DNA from: Azolla caroliniana
Lineage: Eukaryota > Plantae > Polypodiophyta
Direction of reading: 5' to 3'
Assembly (NCBI GenBank): GCA_043228905.1
Contig: JBHGNT010000009.1
Location: forward strand, 9,238,001 to 9,302,000
Length of the DNA stretch: 64,000 nt
Both the position numbers and the translations under genes were made by a program. Of the stretch, positions 11,946-24,399 are shown piece after piece. Every line of letters begins with the position of its first letter. Within the stretch, counting starts at the first letter, position 1. The notes beneath the pieces are model-generated. The model searched no databases and was not told where the DNA came from. It worked only from the letters and a program-made list of their open reading frames with translations.

Positions 11946-14228
11946 ATGGCTGTCTCTTCTCTGCTCGTGCGTGCTCTGCGTTTACCTTCCTCCTCCTCCT
12001 CCTCCTCCTCTTCTTCCTCTTCACAATCATCACCCTCTTCCTCTGTTCTTATCACTCAGATTCACTCCCACATTGGCCGCCGATACTTCGGCCAAGCTGT
12101 TAAGCTCAGGTACACCGCAGACTCCACTCATGTCAAGAAGAAGACACATCCTTCTTCTACTTCCTGGGATGAGGCTGGCTCTAACTTCTTTGCTTCCAAG
12201 AATGAAACCGCAGAGGATTCCAGTACAGAGAAGGAGAGCCGAACTGTAGAGGATGGAGGCTACGGGAGTTCAAGAGGAGTCAAGAAAGAGTATAGTGAGA
12301 AAGGCAGAGTTTCGTATGCTAGAGATGGGAAAGATGGCGAGAAAGGAAGGGTTTTCCATGGGAAAAATAGTGAGAATGCGAGAAATTCCTATGGAAGAGA
12401 CGGTGAGAGAGGGAAATTTTCCAATGGGAAAGACGGTGGGAAAAATGGTTTTTCTTTTGGGAAAGAGAAATCTATAGTTAGAGATGGTAGCTTTTCAAGA
12501 AAGCAGTTTTCGGATGTGGGTAATGATTTTCATACGAGGAGAATGAATAGTAAGGTAAAGCAGGAGGGTTTCAGAGAGCAGTTCTCTGATTATAATGGTG
12601 TATCAGTAAATAGTAGCCGAGATCGAGATCAGGGCAGTTTTCGACAGCAGTTTTCTGGCAGAAGAGATCAGGGAAGTTTTCGAGAGAGATTTTCTAGCGG
12701 AAGAGACCAGAATGGTTTTCGAGACACGTTTTCTGATGCTCGAGGTAAAGGAATGCCAAGAAACGAAGACAAGTTTCGACATATGAGAATGTCACGAAAT
12801 GATACAATGAATAATGATTCTGATGATGATGATGGCAAGAAGGTATCAACAAATAATGGTCGAGGTCAAAGTGGGAGTGGTTTTCAAGAGCAATATTCTG
12901 ACGGTAATGGTAAAATGGACTGGAAGAGTGGTTTCCAAAAGAGGTTTTTGAGTGCTCCTGGTAAAGTAGCATTAAATGACAAGTCTAGAGGTACACGTTT
13001 CTTGAGAGGGCATTTTGATGCTACTGTAGAGGATAATGATTATGATGATAACTTAGAAAGCCATGATGAAGATGATGAGGAGGAAGAAACCCCTCAAGCT
13101 GGGGATGTGATAAGATATAATGCTAGAAAGAGAAACCCTCGTGGTATAACTCAGGATGATGTTGAAGAAGAAGAAGAAGAAGAAGAGAATGATGAACCTT
13201 TTCAAAGGAGGAATTCTGGATGGAAAAACAATGCATTGCCTTCATCTGGATCAACCTTACCCAGATTATCTGGTGAGGCTATATATGGAGTGGGCCCTGT
13301 GTATGCAGCCCTCCGAATTGCCCGAAGAGAGTTGTTTTGTCTCTATGTACAAGCAAATATGCCCATGAATAGTGGAAGATCCAAAAAGAAAGATAAGAAA
13401 GCCTTTGAATGGATTTTAAAATCCGCGATTGAGAAAGAATTGGAAGTGAAGGAGATTTCAAAGCATGATCTGAATATGCTGGCCGACAATAGGCCACATC
13501 AAGGCTTGGTCTTGGATGCTTCTCCTCTTGAGCTTATCAATGCAATAAGTCTCGATGCTCCTTGGGGAGAGAGTGAAAAACCACCAGTTTGGGTGGCATT
13601 AGATGAGGTTCAAGATCCTCAAAACTTCGGTGCTATTCTTCGCTCAGCTTACTTCTTGGGAGCGAAAGGAGTTGCAGTATGTGCTAAGAATTCAGCACCA
13701 TTAAGTGCAGTTGTTAGTAAGGCTAGTGCAGGGGCTTTGGAAGTTATGGAGCTTCGATCTTGCAAGAATATGATGAAGTTTTTGGAGATATCTGCAAAGA
13801 ATGGGTGGAGAGTTGTAGGTGCCACTGCAGCTGGTCCCGATGTCATTCCAATCAGAGATCTTCCACGAGGTGTGCCCACCATATTGGTGCTTGGTGGTGA
13901 GGGAAAAGGACTCCGGACTAATGTGAAGATGGCATGTAATAGTTTTGTCTGCATTCCTGGATTGCACATTGAATGTAATACAAAACAAGTTTTGGGTGAA
14001 GCTGTTGAGAACACACAGGAGAATGGTGTTAGTGTCGGTGATGATGATCTGATAAAGCATGATTCACAAGGGCTTGGACTTGGAAAAGGAAGGGGAGATG
14101 AAGATTTTATAGCTGTTGAGAGTTTGAATGTTAGTGTGGCTGCTGGGATTTTGTTACACGAACTGCTTGATAGTAGCCCAAGAGCATTTGAACACTCTCC
14201 TCTGACAGGGATTGACACTATGGCTTGA
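11946..14228 (+). CDS. MRM1: SpoU/TrmH-family rRNA 2'-O-methyltransferase, MRM1/RlmB-like, probably mitochondrial; single exon, 760 aa
   Basis: C-terminal half has a SpoU substrate-binding domain (GEAIYGVGPV..AL...R; RPHQGLVL) and SPOUT motifs LDEVQDPQNFGAILRSA, VSKASAGA, LVLGGEGKGLR, VESLNVSVAAGILL. Transit-peptide-like N-terminus, then a long low-complexity region. Confidence 0.92.
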   Translation: MAVSSLLVRALRLPSSSSSSSSSSSSQSSPSSSVLITQIHSHIGRRYFGQAVKLRYTADSTHVKKKTHPSSTSWDEAGSNFFASKNETAEDSSTEKESRTVEDGGYGSSRGVKKEYSEKGRVSYARDGKDGEKGRVFHGKNSENARNSYGRDGERGKFSNGKDGGKNGFSFGKEKSIVRDGSFSRKQFSDVGNDFHTRRMNSKVKQEGFREQFSDYNGVSVNSSRDRDQGSFRQQFSGRRDQGSFRERFSSGRDQNGFRDTFSDARGKGMPRNEDKFRHMRMSRNDTMNNDSDDDDGKKVSTNNGRGQSGSGFQEQYSDGNGKMDWKSGFQKRFLSAPGKVALNDKSRGTRFLRGHFDATVEDNDYDDNLESHDEDDEEEETPQAGDVIRYNARKRNPRGITQDDVEEEEEEEENDEPFQRRNSGWKNNALPSSGSTLPRLSGEAIYGVGPVYAALRIARRELFCLYVQANMPMNSGRSKKKDKKAFEWILKSAIEKELEVKEISKHDLNMLADNRPHQGLVLDASPLELINAISLDAPWGESEKPPVWVALDEVQDPQNFGAILRSAYFLGAKGVAVCAKNSAPLSAVVSKASAGALEVMELRSCKNMMKFLEISAKNGWRVVGATAAGPDVIPIRDLPRGVPTILVLGGEGKGLRTNVKMACNSFVCIPGLHIECNTKQVLGEAVENTQENGVSVGDDDLIKHDSQGLGLGKGRGDEDFIAVESLNVSVAAGILLHELLDSSPRAFEHSPLTGIDTMA

Positions 14229-16469
14229 TTGACGATGGACATAGCATGTCTATAATCCATGTATCTAATAGCATAGAAAAATCACCTCTTTTTGGTTTTT
14301 ATACAGTGCAAATTCGAGGTTTGCTTTCATGAAAAATTCCATGTTGTGGAAATCCATGACCAATCTTTAAAAATAAATCAAGATATTCATGAGGCATATA
14401 GACAATTTTTCTATTTTGTTCTGTTTCTCAGAAAAGGTATATGTTCACAATCTTTATTGAATTGAATGAGAAACTAAAGGAAGCTTGTTGAGAAATGTAT
14501 CGAGATGTTCCCAATCTCAAGGCTGATGTAAACTTTAAAGGAGTTTTTCCTGAACTGCTTTCATATGTATTTTCCATTTTTGTTCTGTTAAGAAAATTCC
14601 AACAGTACTTTCTTGTGTTATCTCCAAGTACATCTTCTACTTTGTTACAGTTACAAATTTCAGAATTTTTATCTTCATTTTGTTATCTTTATTATCTTTA
14701 TTTTGTTGACTTTTCTTATCTCATCGGGTAAGCGATGTATGCATTCTACAAGGCAAACAAACCCAAGAAGTTTTTTGGGCATTAATAAGAACACTGCTAA
14801 TATGCAGAAGACTACACCATTATTTATTATGAAGAATTGAGTTCATGAATGTGTTCTATTAAACGAAATGTACCTAGTTATGCACCTACTAGTGCATGTT
14901 TCTATTCAGTATCACATTTTATTTGACTTTACACCTCATTGATCACAGCTCTTGAGTTGTTAACAGTGAACACTAAACCATATCGTTGATTTTGTCCATT
15001 CTAATTAATAGCTTACTCAGGTTGTCATGTGTATTGAAGTGAAATAGAGAATTAGTTAAGAATAGGCAAATATCAGGTTGTCAAGCATAGAAATCCTTGC
15101 AGACTAGTCAGTTTTGTCTTCTTCCATCCCTTATGATTATTAGTACAAAAAATTATACGCAATATGCCAAAGTTTGCCCTTGCACATGCGACTACAGGAC
15201 CTTGCAGCTTGCAAGTGTATTGCCCTCAAAAACATAGAACTGAGCAATGCACTTTCCATTTTTTATATCAGTTTTTTCTGAAGTGTAAGAATAATAACAT
15301 CAAATGCAGACACTAGAAAAATCAATGTAAACGTACCAAACGTTTTCCAAGCACTGGCAAGTTTAAAAAAAATAACGGCACAAAATCAAGCTTAGTGCTC
15401 AAGATAGATAATAGGATTTATGGCCATCTTTATAATTTGATATGAAATGCTATGTAAAATCTCAAAGAATCAATTTAACAAGGGTGATCAATCCACATTT
15501 AATTAACATTGAAAAGAATATGAAACATAATCTAATTATTTTAATTTGGGCAATTCTAAAACATCTATCACATTCCACACATAGTCTTTAGAAAGTTAAT
15601 CATAATTTATGGGTTAGAATGCTAAATAAATCAATAAAAGAGCTCAATTAGTAAGCTTGTCTTATGTTCAACTCCTAAATGTAAGTGTCATCTAGTGTAG
15701 TAGTTGAATGAGTGATTTTCATCCCTGGTTCTTGGGTTGATAAAAAATACAGCTTAATGAATTGGACACAACCTTAGTACAAAGAGGGAACTCGAGTAGC
15801 TATTTTGTCATAGATGTTCCTATTTATTGTTTTGAGTGATAATAGAACTTGGATCATTGCACATTTGTAATTTCTGTATCGTAAAAAATATAATATTAAG
15901 GATGGGGGAGATTTTGCTATCACCATTGGAGGTAAAATATGATCCATATGACTGATTTGTAGGTTGCGGTCTCATTCAGAGGCTGAGAGATCGAGAGACA
16001 CAACTAGCACATTATGAAAATTTTCATGATAGAATGAGAACATGAAGTATCTTTATGCATCGATACCAAACTAAGGGCAGAGTCCACAAACTTATTTGAA
16101 ACATACCCTCAGCTGCTACAATTTTCCTAGTCTTTAAAGCAAACACCACATTATCATGGAAAGAAATATCTATGAATGATGAACGTGTTGCAAAAGTTCA
16201 ACGATAAAAACAACCTAGGAATATTAATTTTTCATGCTCGAGGCCTTAACAAAATAACTGACTATTTTCATTACAGAATAGATTTCTATGGATCATACAT
16301 ATTTGAGAATGATGAATACTTACAAAGAAGTGACATAGAAGCGTCAAATCACCTTTGTCATAAATTTGTTCAGTCTATGTTGTGAGAAAGAGAGAGGTTT
16401 TGAATACTACACAATTTCCCTCAATGTGTTTTCTTACCATGCTTCAAAATATAGATTACATATGATGGT

Positions 16470-19400
16470 TCATGCATCACACTCTTGATTGACAACCACT
16501 TGATCTTGGAGATTGATCAGCATATTGCAGCTTACTCTTCCCTGAAAATGCAATTTAAATCAAATCTCTCTCTCTCTCTCAAATACTTAAGATGTGTCTC
16601 TTGTTTGGTATTATAGGCCATTTTGGCCTCTTAAAAGACGTTAATAAAGCTTTCTTTCTTTCTCTCACATACACAACGATAAGAAAAGTTATCAAAAACA
16701 TTTGCTTGAGTACAAAAGATTGACTCAAAGAAAGAGAAGAATATGGAAGTTACTCCACATTTTCTCCAAATGCAAGAGAAAGCACATGCATTTGCTAAAT
16801 TTTGGCGAAATCTAAAGGGGGACGCATGTTCAGAGTAATGGTGACTTAACTCCAGTCTCTTATGGAATTGTCTATGCATTGTAAGAACTTATATGAGCTA
16901 TCAATTGCCGAAAAGTTGACGTGTTATGGTTCTCTTTCACATATGCCTCCCCTCTTTACCAATCACGATTGAAAATGTATGCATAGTGCTTAAGAAATCA
17001 GACAAGAAAGGAAGCACATGCATGGATAAGTGATATGTTTAATCATGCATTGCAACACGGCGTGTCCTATGATTCAACTATAAATTGGATCAAACCTTTG
17101 CATAAGAAGGAGATGTAAATAATTTTGAAACCATCATAGTTAGGTCACCTGTAAGTTGAGTGTCATTAGCTCTAAAACAAAGATTTGCTTGTGAAGAGCT
17201 GCAATAAGGATAGACCATGCATTACGTGCAATAATGGCCATTTGAAACAGTGGAAAGCTTTAGATACATTGGCATTAAAGTTCCCTGAAATCATAGATGG
17301 AATAAATGTGCTACTAGCCACTTAGAGGCATATTTTGCATTTGAGAACCAACGGCGGAAAAATTAATGTTCAAGTTCTCAAGAAATATGGTTTCGAGAGT
17401 TGCGTGACATTGGTGCTTCTCTACGGGGTGGAAGTATGGGACAGTTCCATCCACAAGTCCACTTGGAAAGAGTTTGAAAATGACCAAAAGCATTTCCTTC
17501 CAAAGTTTCTCCGAGTGACATACACCCTTCTACTACTTAAGACAAGATCGCTTCCCATTGAGATCATGGCCATCAAAAGGGTTGTCGAATATATGTTTAT
17601 GGTGAAAATAGTCCCTCGCATTGACTTCATAGAATCGAATGGGAAGTAAGCAAAAACATCCAAAAGACATATGACGGCAAAATTTTGTGTTCCGGTTGGA
17701 TGCAAGCGATAGAAATAATGTTTTAAAAGATGGGATGTACTACACTTTCTTCATGATGCATCAATAAATTCCTCAAGAAATGAGACCTTTTTCCCATGCC
17801 AATGTATAATGACATGGGAAAAATGTCAGAGGCTCATGTTTCACACTCTATACTTCATATATTAAACTTAACTATGAAATCATATTCTTCATCAAACGAG
17901 GAAATTGCACACATCAATACATGTTAGAGCCTATGTTGTCCACCATCCGAACCATTGCTTCCATGTGACTTGGCTCTCACTCACTACAATGTGAAACATG
18001 GGTTTGGGGCACAAGTGATCAGAATAGTCAACTATGCACACTTTGCCCTAAACAAGTTTGGGAATATGAGTATAACACTTTGATACAATGTTCTGCCTTT
18101 GATCACACATTCGATTATGCTTTCCACACATCTTCGATCGAACCCAATACTTTTTGCACTCTCGATTGGGACATTCATAAAAGAATCACAACTCACTTTC
18201 ACATGTATTACATGAAAATGTTACATTTTTGGTGTCATAGGTCATCTTTGACCCCTAGAGATGATAATAAAATCTCTCTCTCTCGGAAAAGGTGGAATAC
18301 AAACGCTCCTATACATACCTAGGAGTAACATTTACAGGACCTAGGTTCTCCTTACAGGAGGCTGCTTGTGCCCGACTTTCTCGTGGATATGCAGCCCTTG
18401 GTGCTCTCGAGAGACAATGTGCACATTTGCAGTTCCAAGAGCCACGGACTAAGTTATGGTTATTTGATACACTAGTCACCCAAACTCTTCTCTATGGAGT
18501 AGAAACATGGGGACCGAGTCTTAACAAGGCAAATCATTGGAAAGATTTAGAGAGACCTTTAGTGTCAATGAATGCTCTCATGATAAGGAGCAAAGCATCG
18601 GTGCCCCACGATATAATCCAGGCAAAAATGGGATCAACACCTATAATAACCGAGGCATTGTTCCGATCAGTGACATTTATCCAATGTCTTTGGGAGCTCC
18701 CTAAACGAAGGTACCCAAGGTTGGCACTTATGTCATCAAGACAACTGGCTGAAAATGGAGACACTCATTGTTGGTATTCTGAAATGCAGCAATGAATCGA
18801 GGCACATGGCATGAGTATAAATGCACTACCCCCGTTCCAATATAGCTTGGACTGTCCCTATCTAAATATGAACAAAGTGGAAAAGAACAAAGTCATCCGA
18901 ACTGATAATATTAACTTGGAAAACAAAATAACATGGATCAGCCCCAAAATACCACTTGGTACAAAGATGCCCCACTATAAGACACACTTCTTACATACAT
19001 CGGAGGATGGATTCGTTATCAGGCCACCTTATATGGACATACATCTATCCTATGCGCTGCGTGGTGTGATAGGCCGGCCAGCTGCGAACTTCATCACATC
19101 GGCTACAAATTGAGGTAGGCAAATATACCCGACTACCTCTAGAAGAGAGAATTTGCCAATTGTGTCATCAAGGAGTGGAATCTGAGGAACACTATGTTTG
19201 TCATTGTAGTGTCTTTTATGAAATCAGAGGGAGATACCATTGCCTCTTTAAACAAGGCTTTGGCCCACTACACAAGGCAATGGAATATGAGGACCAACGA
19301 TGCCTAGGACTTTTCTTGCTAGAGCTCAAGAGACATCGGGAAAAGTTGTTGAAGAATACAACCACAAAGAACAATCACAACTTTCGTGAGCCCCATCATT

Positions 19401-22400
19401 CCTACTAATGCTACAAGTCCATCATGGGATACACAAATGGGCCCCAAACCAGGACATAACAAAGGGGTTAAAATTGATCGGGCAATAGCAATTTGCCGTG
19501 CACGTAGGCCCCGACCCCATGGACCATGACCTCGACACCCTTGTCATCGACAGATAAAAGCCATTATCTCCCGCCATCGTAGGTGCTTCCCTCGCTTCAG
19601 AGACATTTCCATTCTGGATCGACCTATGCTAGAGATCTTCTGAAGACAAAAGCTACAATATACCTAACTTGAGAATCTCACATGTGCCAAAAACCAGATT
19701 CCCTCGTTTCTTCTCTTTTCATCTTATTTACTTTTATATTTACTGTGTAATATTTATTTTATTTTGATTTGTTCTCAAAGACGAGAAAACACTCAAGATG
19801 TAATCTCTTATTTGGTCTTATAGGCCATTTTGGCCTCTTAAAAGACATTAATATATTTTTCTTTCTTTCTTTCTTTCTAGTTCATAGGTCATATTTTATC
19901 AACAAGGACAATAATAAAATCTATCCATCTATATATCTATTTATCTATGTTAAGCTAGGTTTTTTTTACCATCCCATGCACCCATGTTCAAATCTCAATA
20001 AATTCCCTTCTTTAATAGATGCCACTGCAGAATGTAGGGATTGAACATATGACCCCGATATTTTGGGCTCTCTATATGCACAACTGGATATAGCTGATTT
20101 TGTAACACTTGTTTCGTCCCACAGGTCATGCTTGGCTTCCCTTTAAAGTTATAAAGAAATGGTTTGCATGATGGATCAATTGCAATTGCTTCATGCTAAT
20201 CCAATAGACTCCTTTACGAATGACTTTTCTACAACATCAATGTATCATGGCTTGGTAGAGAAATGAAGGCTCACGCTTCAAACATTATATTACATATGCT
20301 GCCCCATACTACAAAACCATTTTCATCTTCAAACGGGCAACTCACACTCACCCATATATTCTAGAGCCCATTTGCTTGTCTACCTTGTCAGAAAACTATG
20401 TAGGATTTATAATTATAGGTGATTGCTCCTTTATCATAGATCAAATGTTATATGGCATCAGTTATCATAAAACCTAAATAAAGTGCCTTGGGTGTTAAGG
20501 TACATCTCATAACGGCAAAACTACAGGAATTGTATGTGAAATGATATAAAAGCCCTTCATTACCATGTATAACACTATTCTACCTTTGTTATCATGCATA
20601 ATACTATTCTAGCTTTGTTAGATTCTATTATTTGATCATCCTCATAAAAGCATTCTTTGATTTTGATGATTCAGTGGTTAGTGGACCAATTCCAAAAAAT
20701 CGTAGAAGAATATCTCAGCTCCTAATCAATGATTACCTCTCTAGATATTCAAATCTGACTAGCAAATTTTTGTATGCCGCAATATTTAGACATTTCCTCA
20801 GAAGTAATTCTAGTCATCCAATGCATTTGAAGCCACATGCATTAGCCAGACACCTATCTTCTGGAAGTGTTCATGGGTTCATCCAGAATTTCATTCTAAG
20901 TGTTCAATATCAAATATGTAATCTGGTTTTCACCAAAAATGGTTAGTGGACCAATTCCAAAAAATGGTACAAGAATATCTCAGCCCCTAATCGATGGTTA
21001 CCTCTCTAGATATTCAAATCTGACTAGCAAATTTTTGTATGCCGCAATATTTAGACATTTCCTCAGAAGTAATTCTAGTCATCCAATGCATTTGAAGCCA
21101 CATGCATTAGCCAGACACCTATCTTCTGGAAGTGTTCATGGGTTCAGCCAGACTTTCATTCTAAGTGTTCAATTTCAAATATGCAATCTGGTTTTCACCA
21201 AAGGGTTCATTTTGTGGTTTGTCATATAGAATTTCATTCACATACGTGATTAGGATTTTGTTTTGTGTAGATCAATTTATATATTGCTTCATACCAGTAT
21301 CCAACTATGGCCCAAACTCATGAGAGATACTTTTAGAGTCTCATCTCAAGAACACAAAACTTGATGGAACCAATCTACTGTTCTGGTGCTCCATGCGAAA
21401 ACATATTTCCTCTCAAAGAGCTTGTGAGAGCACATGATTGGTGATGAACCAATCATGTGGGTTCTACTTCTCCTAATGCACGAAGTTTTGCCATTCCAAC
21501 CATACTGACCTATCTTGTTACCCAAGAACAAAAGAGGTGGGGTACTAAAGATGAGTGGAGCAATTTCTCTTGCACTTAAGAGGTCAATTATTCAACACAT
21601 CTGATTGCATCTGACAGCAAAGAGAGCTTGGGAAGTGCTTCATACCTTTTCTACTTATGGAATGAAGCAAGAATTGCCTTATTGAAGAAACCATTAGATT
21701 GTATTGATACGAGGAGATACATAAAATGATAGGTCATGTAACAAAGGTACAAGATCTACGAGAGAGAGACTGCTCAAAGTTGACTTGATCAGTCTAGAGA
21801 AATATATGATAGACAAGACTTTAGATCTTTTCTGCCTTCCTGCGAAGCTTCCCACATTTAATACATTGTATCAATGCGTAGTAAGGAAAAATCAAATCCA
21901 TTTGAAGGTTTCATTAACTATTATTGAAAGAAGAGGAGAAAAGGAAAAATAAATCTAATCCTAATCATAGAATTGGTCAAACTCCTATAGTTCAAACTAA
22001 AGGAATAATAAAAGGCAATGCCAAACTCAATCTAAGGCCAAGTGAATATAATTGTTGTAAAAAGCAAAACGAAGAAGGAAAATCTATCTTTAGTAAGGAA
22101 AAAATGCAGAAGGCAAAATATAATTGCTGTAAAAGGTACAGTCACTATATTGGTGAAGGAAAACAGAGAATGGCGAAAGAAAAATTGAAAGAGGGAGATT
22201 CAAGCTTGGCTGGTGATGGTGCGGCTTCTCATACAACTGAAAGTGAGCTTCAAAGGAATTGGCGATAGTAGACTTTCAAAGAACTATGATATAGTTAAAG
22301 ATATCGACAAATTTTCTTTAACATAGGATATGAGAATATAATCTATCAGCGAATTGTGTACTTTTCCTCTTTCTGCTGTTCTAGGTTTAATGTTGTTTAT

Positions 22401-23771
22401 CCATTCAAAAGATTGGGCTACTTGTGAAGCTGAACATATGCCAGTTTTCACCCCTCTAAGGATATAACATAGACATATCATGTCAGAAACAAGAATTTTA
22501 TAATGTTCCATCATTCTCAACTTTCTGATAGCGAGAAATCACTATTTCTTCTTATCCCGTAGTTATTTGGTGTTCAATTACAACAGTTCTGAAATCGGCT
22601 CAATTGCCATTTGAGGGGCATACGTTATCTATGTCTGGAAATCAGCTTATGGTGAGGCTTCAAGGACCTTGAAAATGATTCCCGAACCTTGAACGAATTT
22701 GCATCAAAGCATTACCTTTTGAAGCATTCATTCCTCTTCTTCACAGAGTAATACTCTTATTTGCACCGTTCTTAGAGCTTGTTAAACATCCATTTACTAT
22801 CCGTATCCAAAACTTTAACATCGAGAAGGAAAAATATGGATACAAATAAATCATTTACAACCATTCATGAATTTTGAGGTTTAGGAGCCTATCTTTTGAT
22901 GTCTTCCAAAATTTTCATTTACTACTCATATTCGAATTTCTATCATCAAGGAGGTAAATAGGGTATGATTTGATGGTTTCTAACTTGCTCATCTACTACT
23001 CGTATATGGATTTTTAACATCAATAAGGAAAATAGACTACAACTTAATCACAGACTTTTATAACTACCACATTCATTTATTATGCAAAATTAAAAAAATT
23101 CAACATTATTAAGGATGTCAGAAAAACTAGGGATTTACCTCAAGAGGCAGGCGAAACAAAAGCATGTTGATATGTCCATTGAAACTAGTGATAGTATGAA
23201 GGGGCAAAGTTCCACTAGCAATATCAACAAGAAGCTTCAGAACGTTACTAGTGATTTGGTACCCATTAAGGTCAAGTGTGGCATTCACATTAGAGCTACT
23301 AAGTGGCTTCATAATCACACCATTTGATCGAACCTGACCGATCTCATCCCCTTCAAACAATATTTTCACATCTAGGGTGTCATATGTGACGCCGAAGAAA
23401 TTAGGGTTCCAGGCCCGAAGAAGAAGATCGAGAGACATGTCGAGATACACTTGTGGGATGAGAGAATCTTTATCTTTTTTCTTCACATCAAAGTGTATTT
23501 TGCTCAAATTTAAGTCAACTTCTGACATCTTGATGGTGCGAGGCCATATGAGGAATGTAGAAAACACTGCTAAGCACAGAAAGAAGAAGAAAAATATGAA
23601 AGAGGAGGAGGAGGAGGAGGAGGAGGAAGTCGATCGTATGTGGTGGTGGCCATGGTGGGGTCGGCGAGAAGGAAGGAGGAAAAGCGGAGGTGATCCATCA
23701 AAAGGGTTTGTATTGGTTGCGGGGTAGCCTATGATGAGAGGCTGCCCTTCATCCTGGTGCGATGGTGCCAT
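16470..23771 (-). CDS. LEA_2 / NDR1-HIN1-like single-pass membrane protein, 2 exons, 234 aa
   Basis: Exon 1 23771-23139 has a TM helix ending FLIWPR and the LEA_2 motif WNPNFFGVTYD, and ends LPLE|gtaaat. Exon 2 16541-16470 follows ttttcag and reads GRVSCNMLINLQDQVVVNQECDA*, the family's typical VSC...C C-terminus. Phase-0 junction; intron 16542-23138. Confidence 0.85.
16581..16665 (+). mobile_element. short 3'-terminal fragment of LINE family B
   Basis: tttggt.ttataggccattttggcctcttaaaagac.ttaata + (TTTC)n, nearly identical to the 3' end at ~19790-19878. Confidence 0.7.
16666..18284 (+). mobile_element. degenerate, internally deleted non-LTR retrotransposon (RTEX-like family A)
   Basis: Colinear with 47953-50057 (LLYGVEVWDSSI.KS.WKEFEN, SLPIEIMA, LCTLCPKQV, 3' end cataggtcat.tttgacc...gatgataat) and ends in (TC)n. 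Confidence 0.85.
18285..19878 (+). mobile_element. 5'-truncated non-LTR retrotransposon (RTEX-like family B)
   Basis: YTYLGVTF, LFDTLVTQTLLYGVETWG, C-terminal RICQLCHQGVESEEHYVCHC zinc-finger-like motif, a 3' UTR and a (CTTT)n tail. Confidence 0.85.
20016..20095 (-). mobile_element. diverged copy of the tRNA-derived SINE-like unit seen at 11051-11507
   Basis: Minus strand reads ...ggggtcatatgttcaatccctacattctgcagtggcatcta, matching ggttcaacccctacattccacagtggcatcta. Confidence 0.55.
20140..20385 (+). mobile_element. fragment of LINE family A
   Basis: ggctcacgcttcaaacattat...ctacaaaaccat...ctcacccatatattctagagccc parallels ~49600-49705. Confidence 0.6.
20675..21203. repeat. 265-bp near-perfect direct tandem duplication
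   Basis: tggttagtggaccaattccaaaaaat...ctggttttcaccaaa at 20675 and 20940. Confidence 0.9.
21550..22270 (+). mobile_element. degenerate Ty1/copia gag-like remnant
   Basis: IIQHI...TAKRAWEVL-like segment, LLKEEEKRK helix, and a decayed zinc knuckle (YNCCKRYSHY). Confidence 0.45.
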
Positions 23772-23876
23772 GGCGTTCGCGATGCAATCGATTTCCTCTG
23801 TGCCTGAAGAATCACGACACAGCAGAGACAGAGTCTCACAGAGAAGGGAGAGGCATTATATATCTATCTATCTATA

Positions 23877-23907
<31 letters not shown>

Positions 23908-24399
23908 GTATATTAATATATATATATATATATATATATGGGCTTTTTCTCCACCTTACTTAGGTCATGGTCTGGTGTGAAACGGACCATTTGAAGGGAT
24001 TGAGAGTGAGAGCCAAATACCCCTCCCTCGTATGGCACGAAGGCGCAGTCGCGGCCATATCCTTCTCTCTCCGCCGCCACACAGTCGTCAGTCGTCTTGA
24101 TCTCTTCATGATGATGCATGGTCCTTAGACCTTATGCGGATCAAGAAACGAACCCTTGAACATCCACATGTGAGCATAAAATTCAAGCCAATTTTGAGTA
24201 GCCAGTTGCATAGTGTGGCTACATCACAAGAGGACGGTGCATTAAGTTTGGGCAATTCATTAGTGTTCGAGTTTCACTAGATATAAGTCTAAATGTGATT
24301 TCAGCGAGGGACTGGGTGAGGTAGATGGTGTGAATACAACCTAGCGTGGCGTGAAAGACAAAGAGAGAGTTTACCTTTCAAATCTCCCTCATACAGAGT

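Noticed and set aside
13649-14260. 203-aa antisense ORF
   Set aside because: Shadow of the SpoU coding strand with no recognisable motif.
20386-20690. LTR plus PBS (tgtcag...ttca gtggttagtggacc)
   Set aside because: No partner LTR, TSD or recognisable tRNA complement found.
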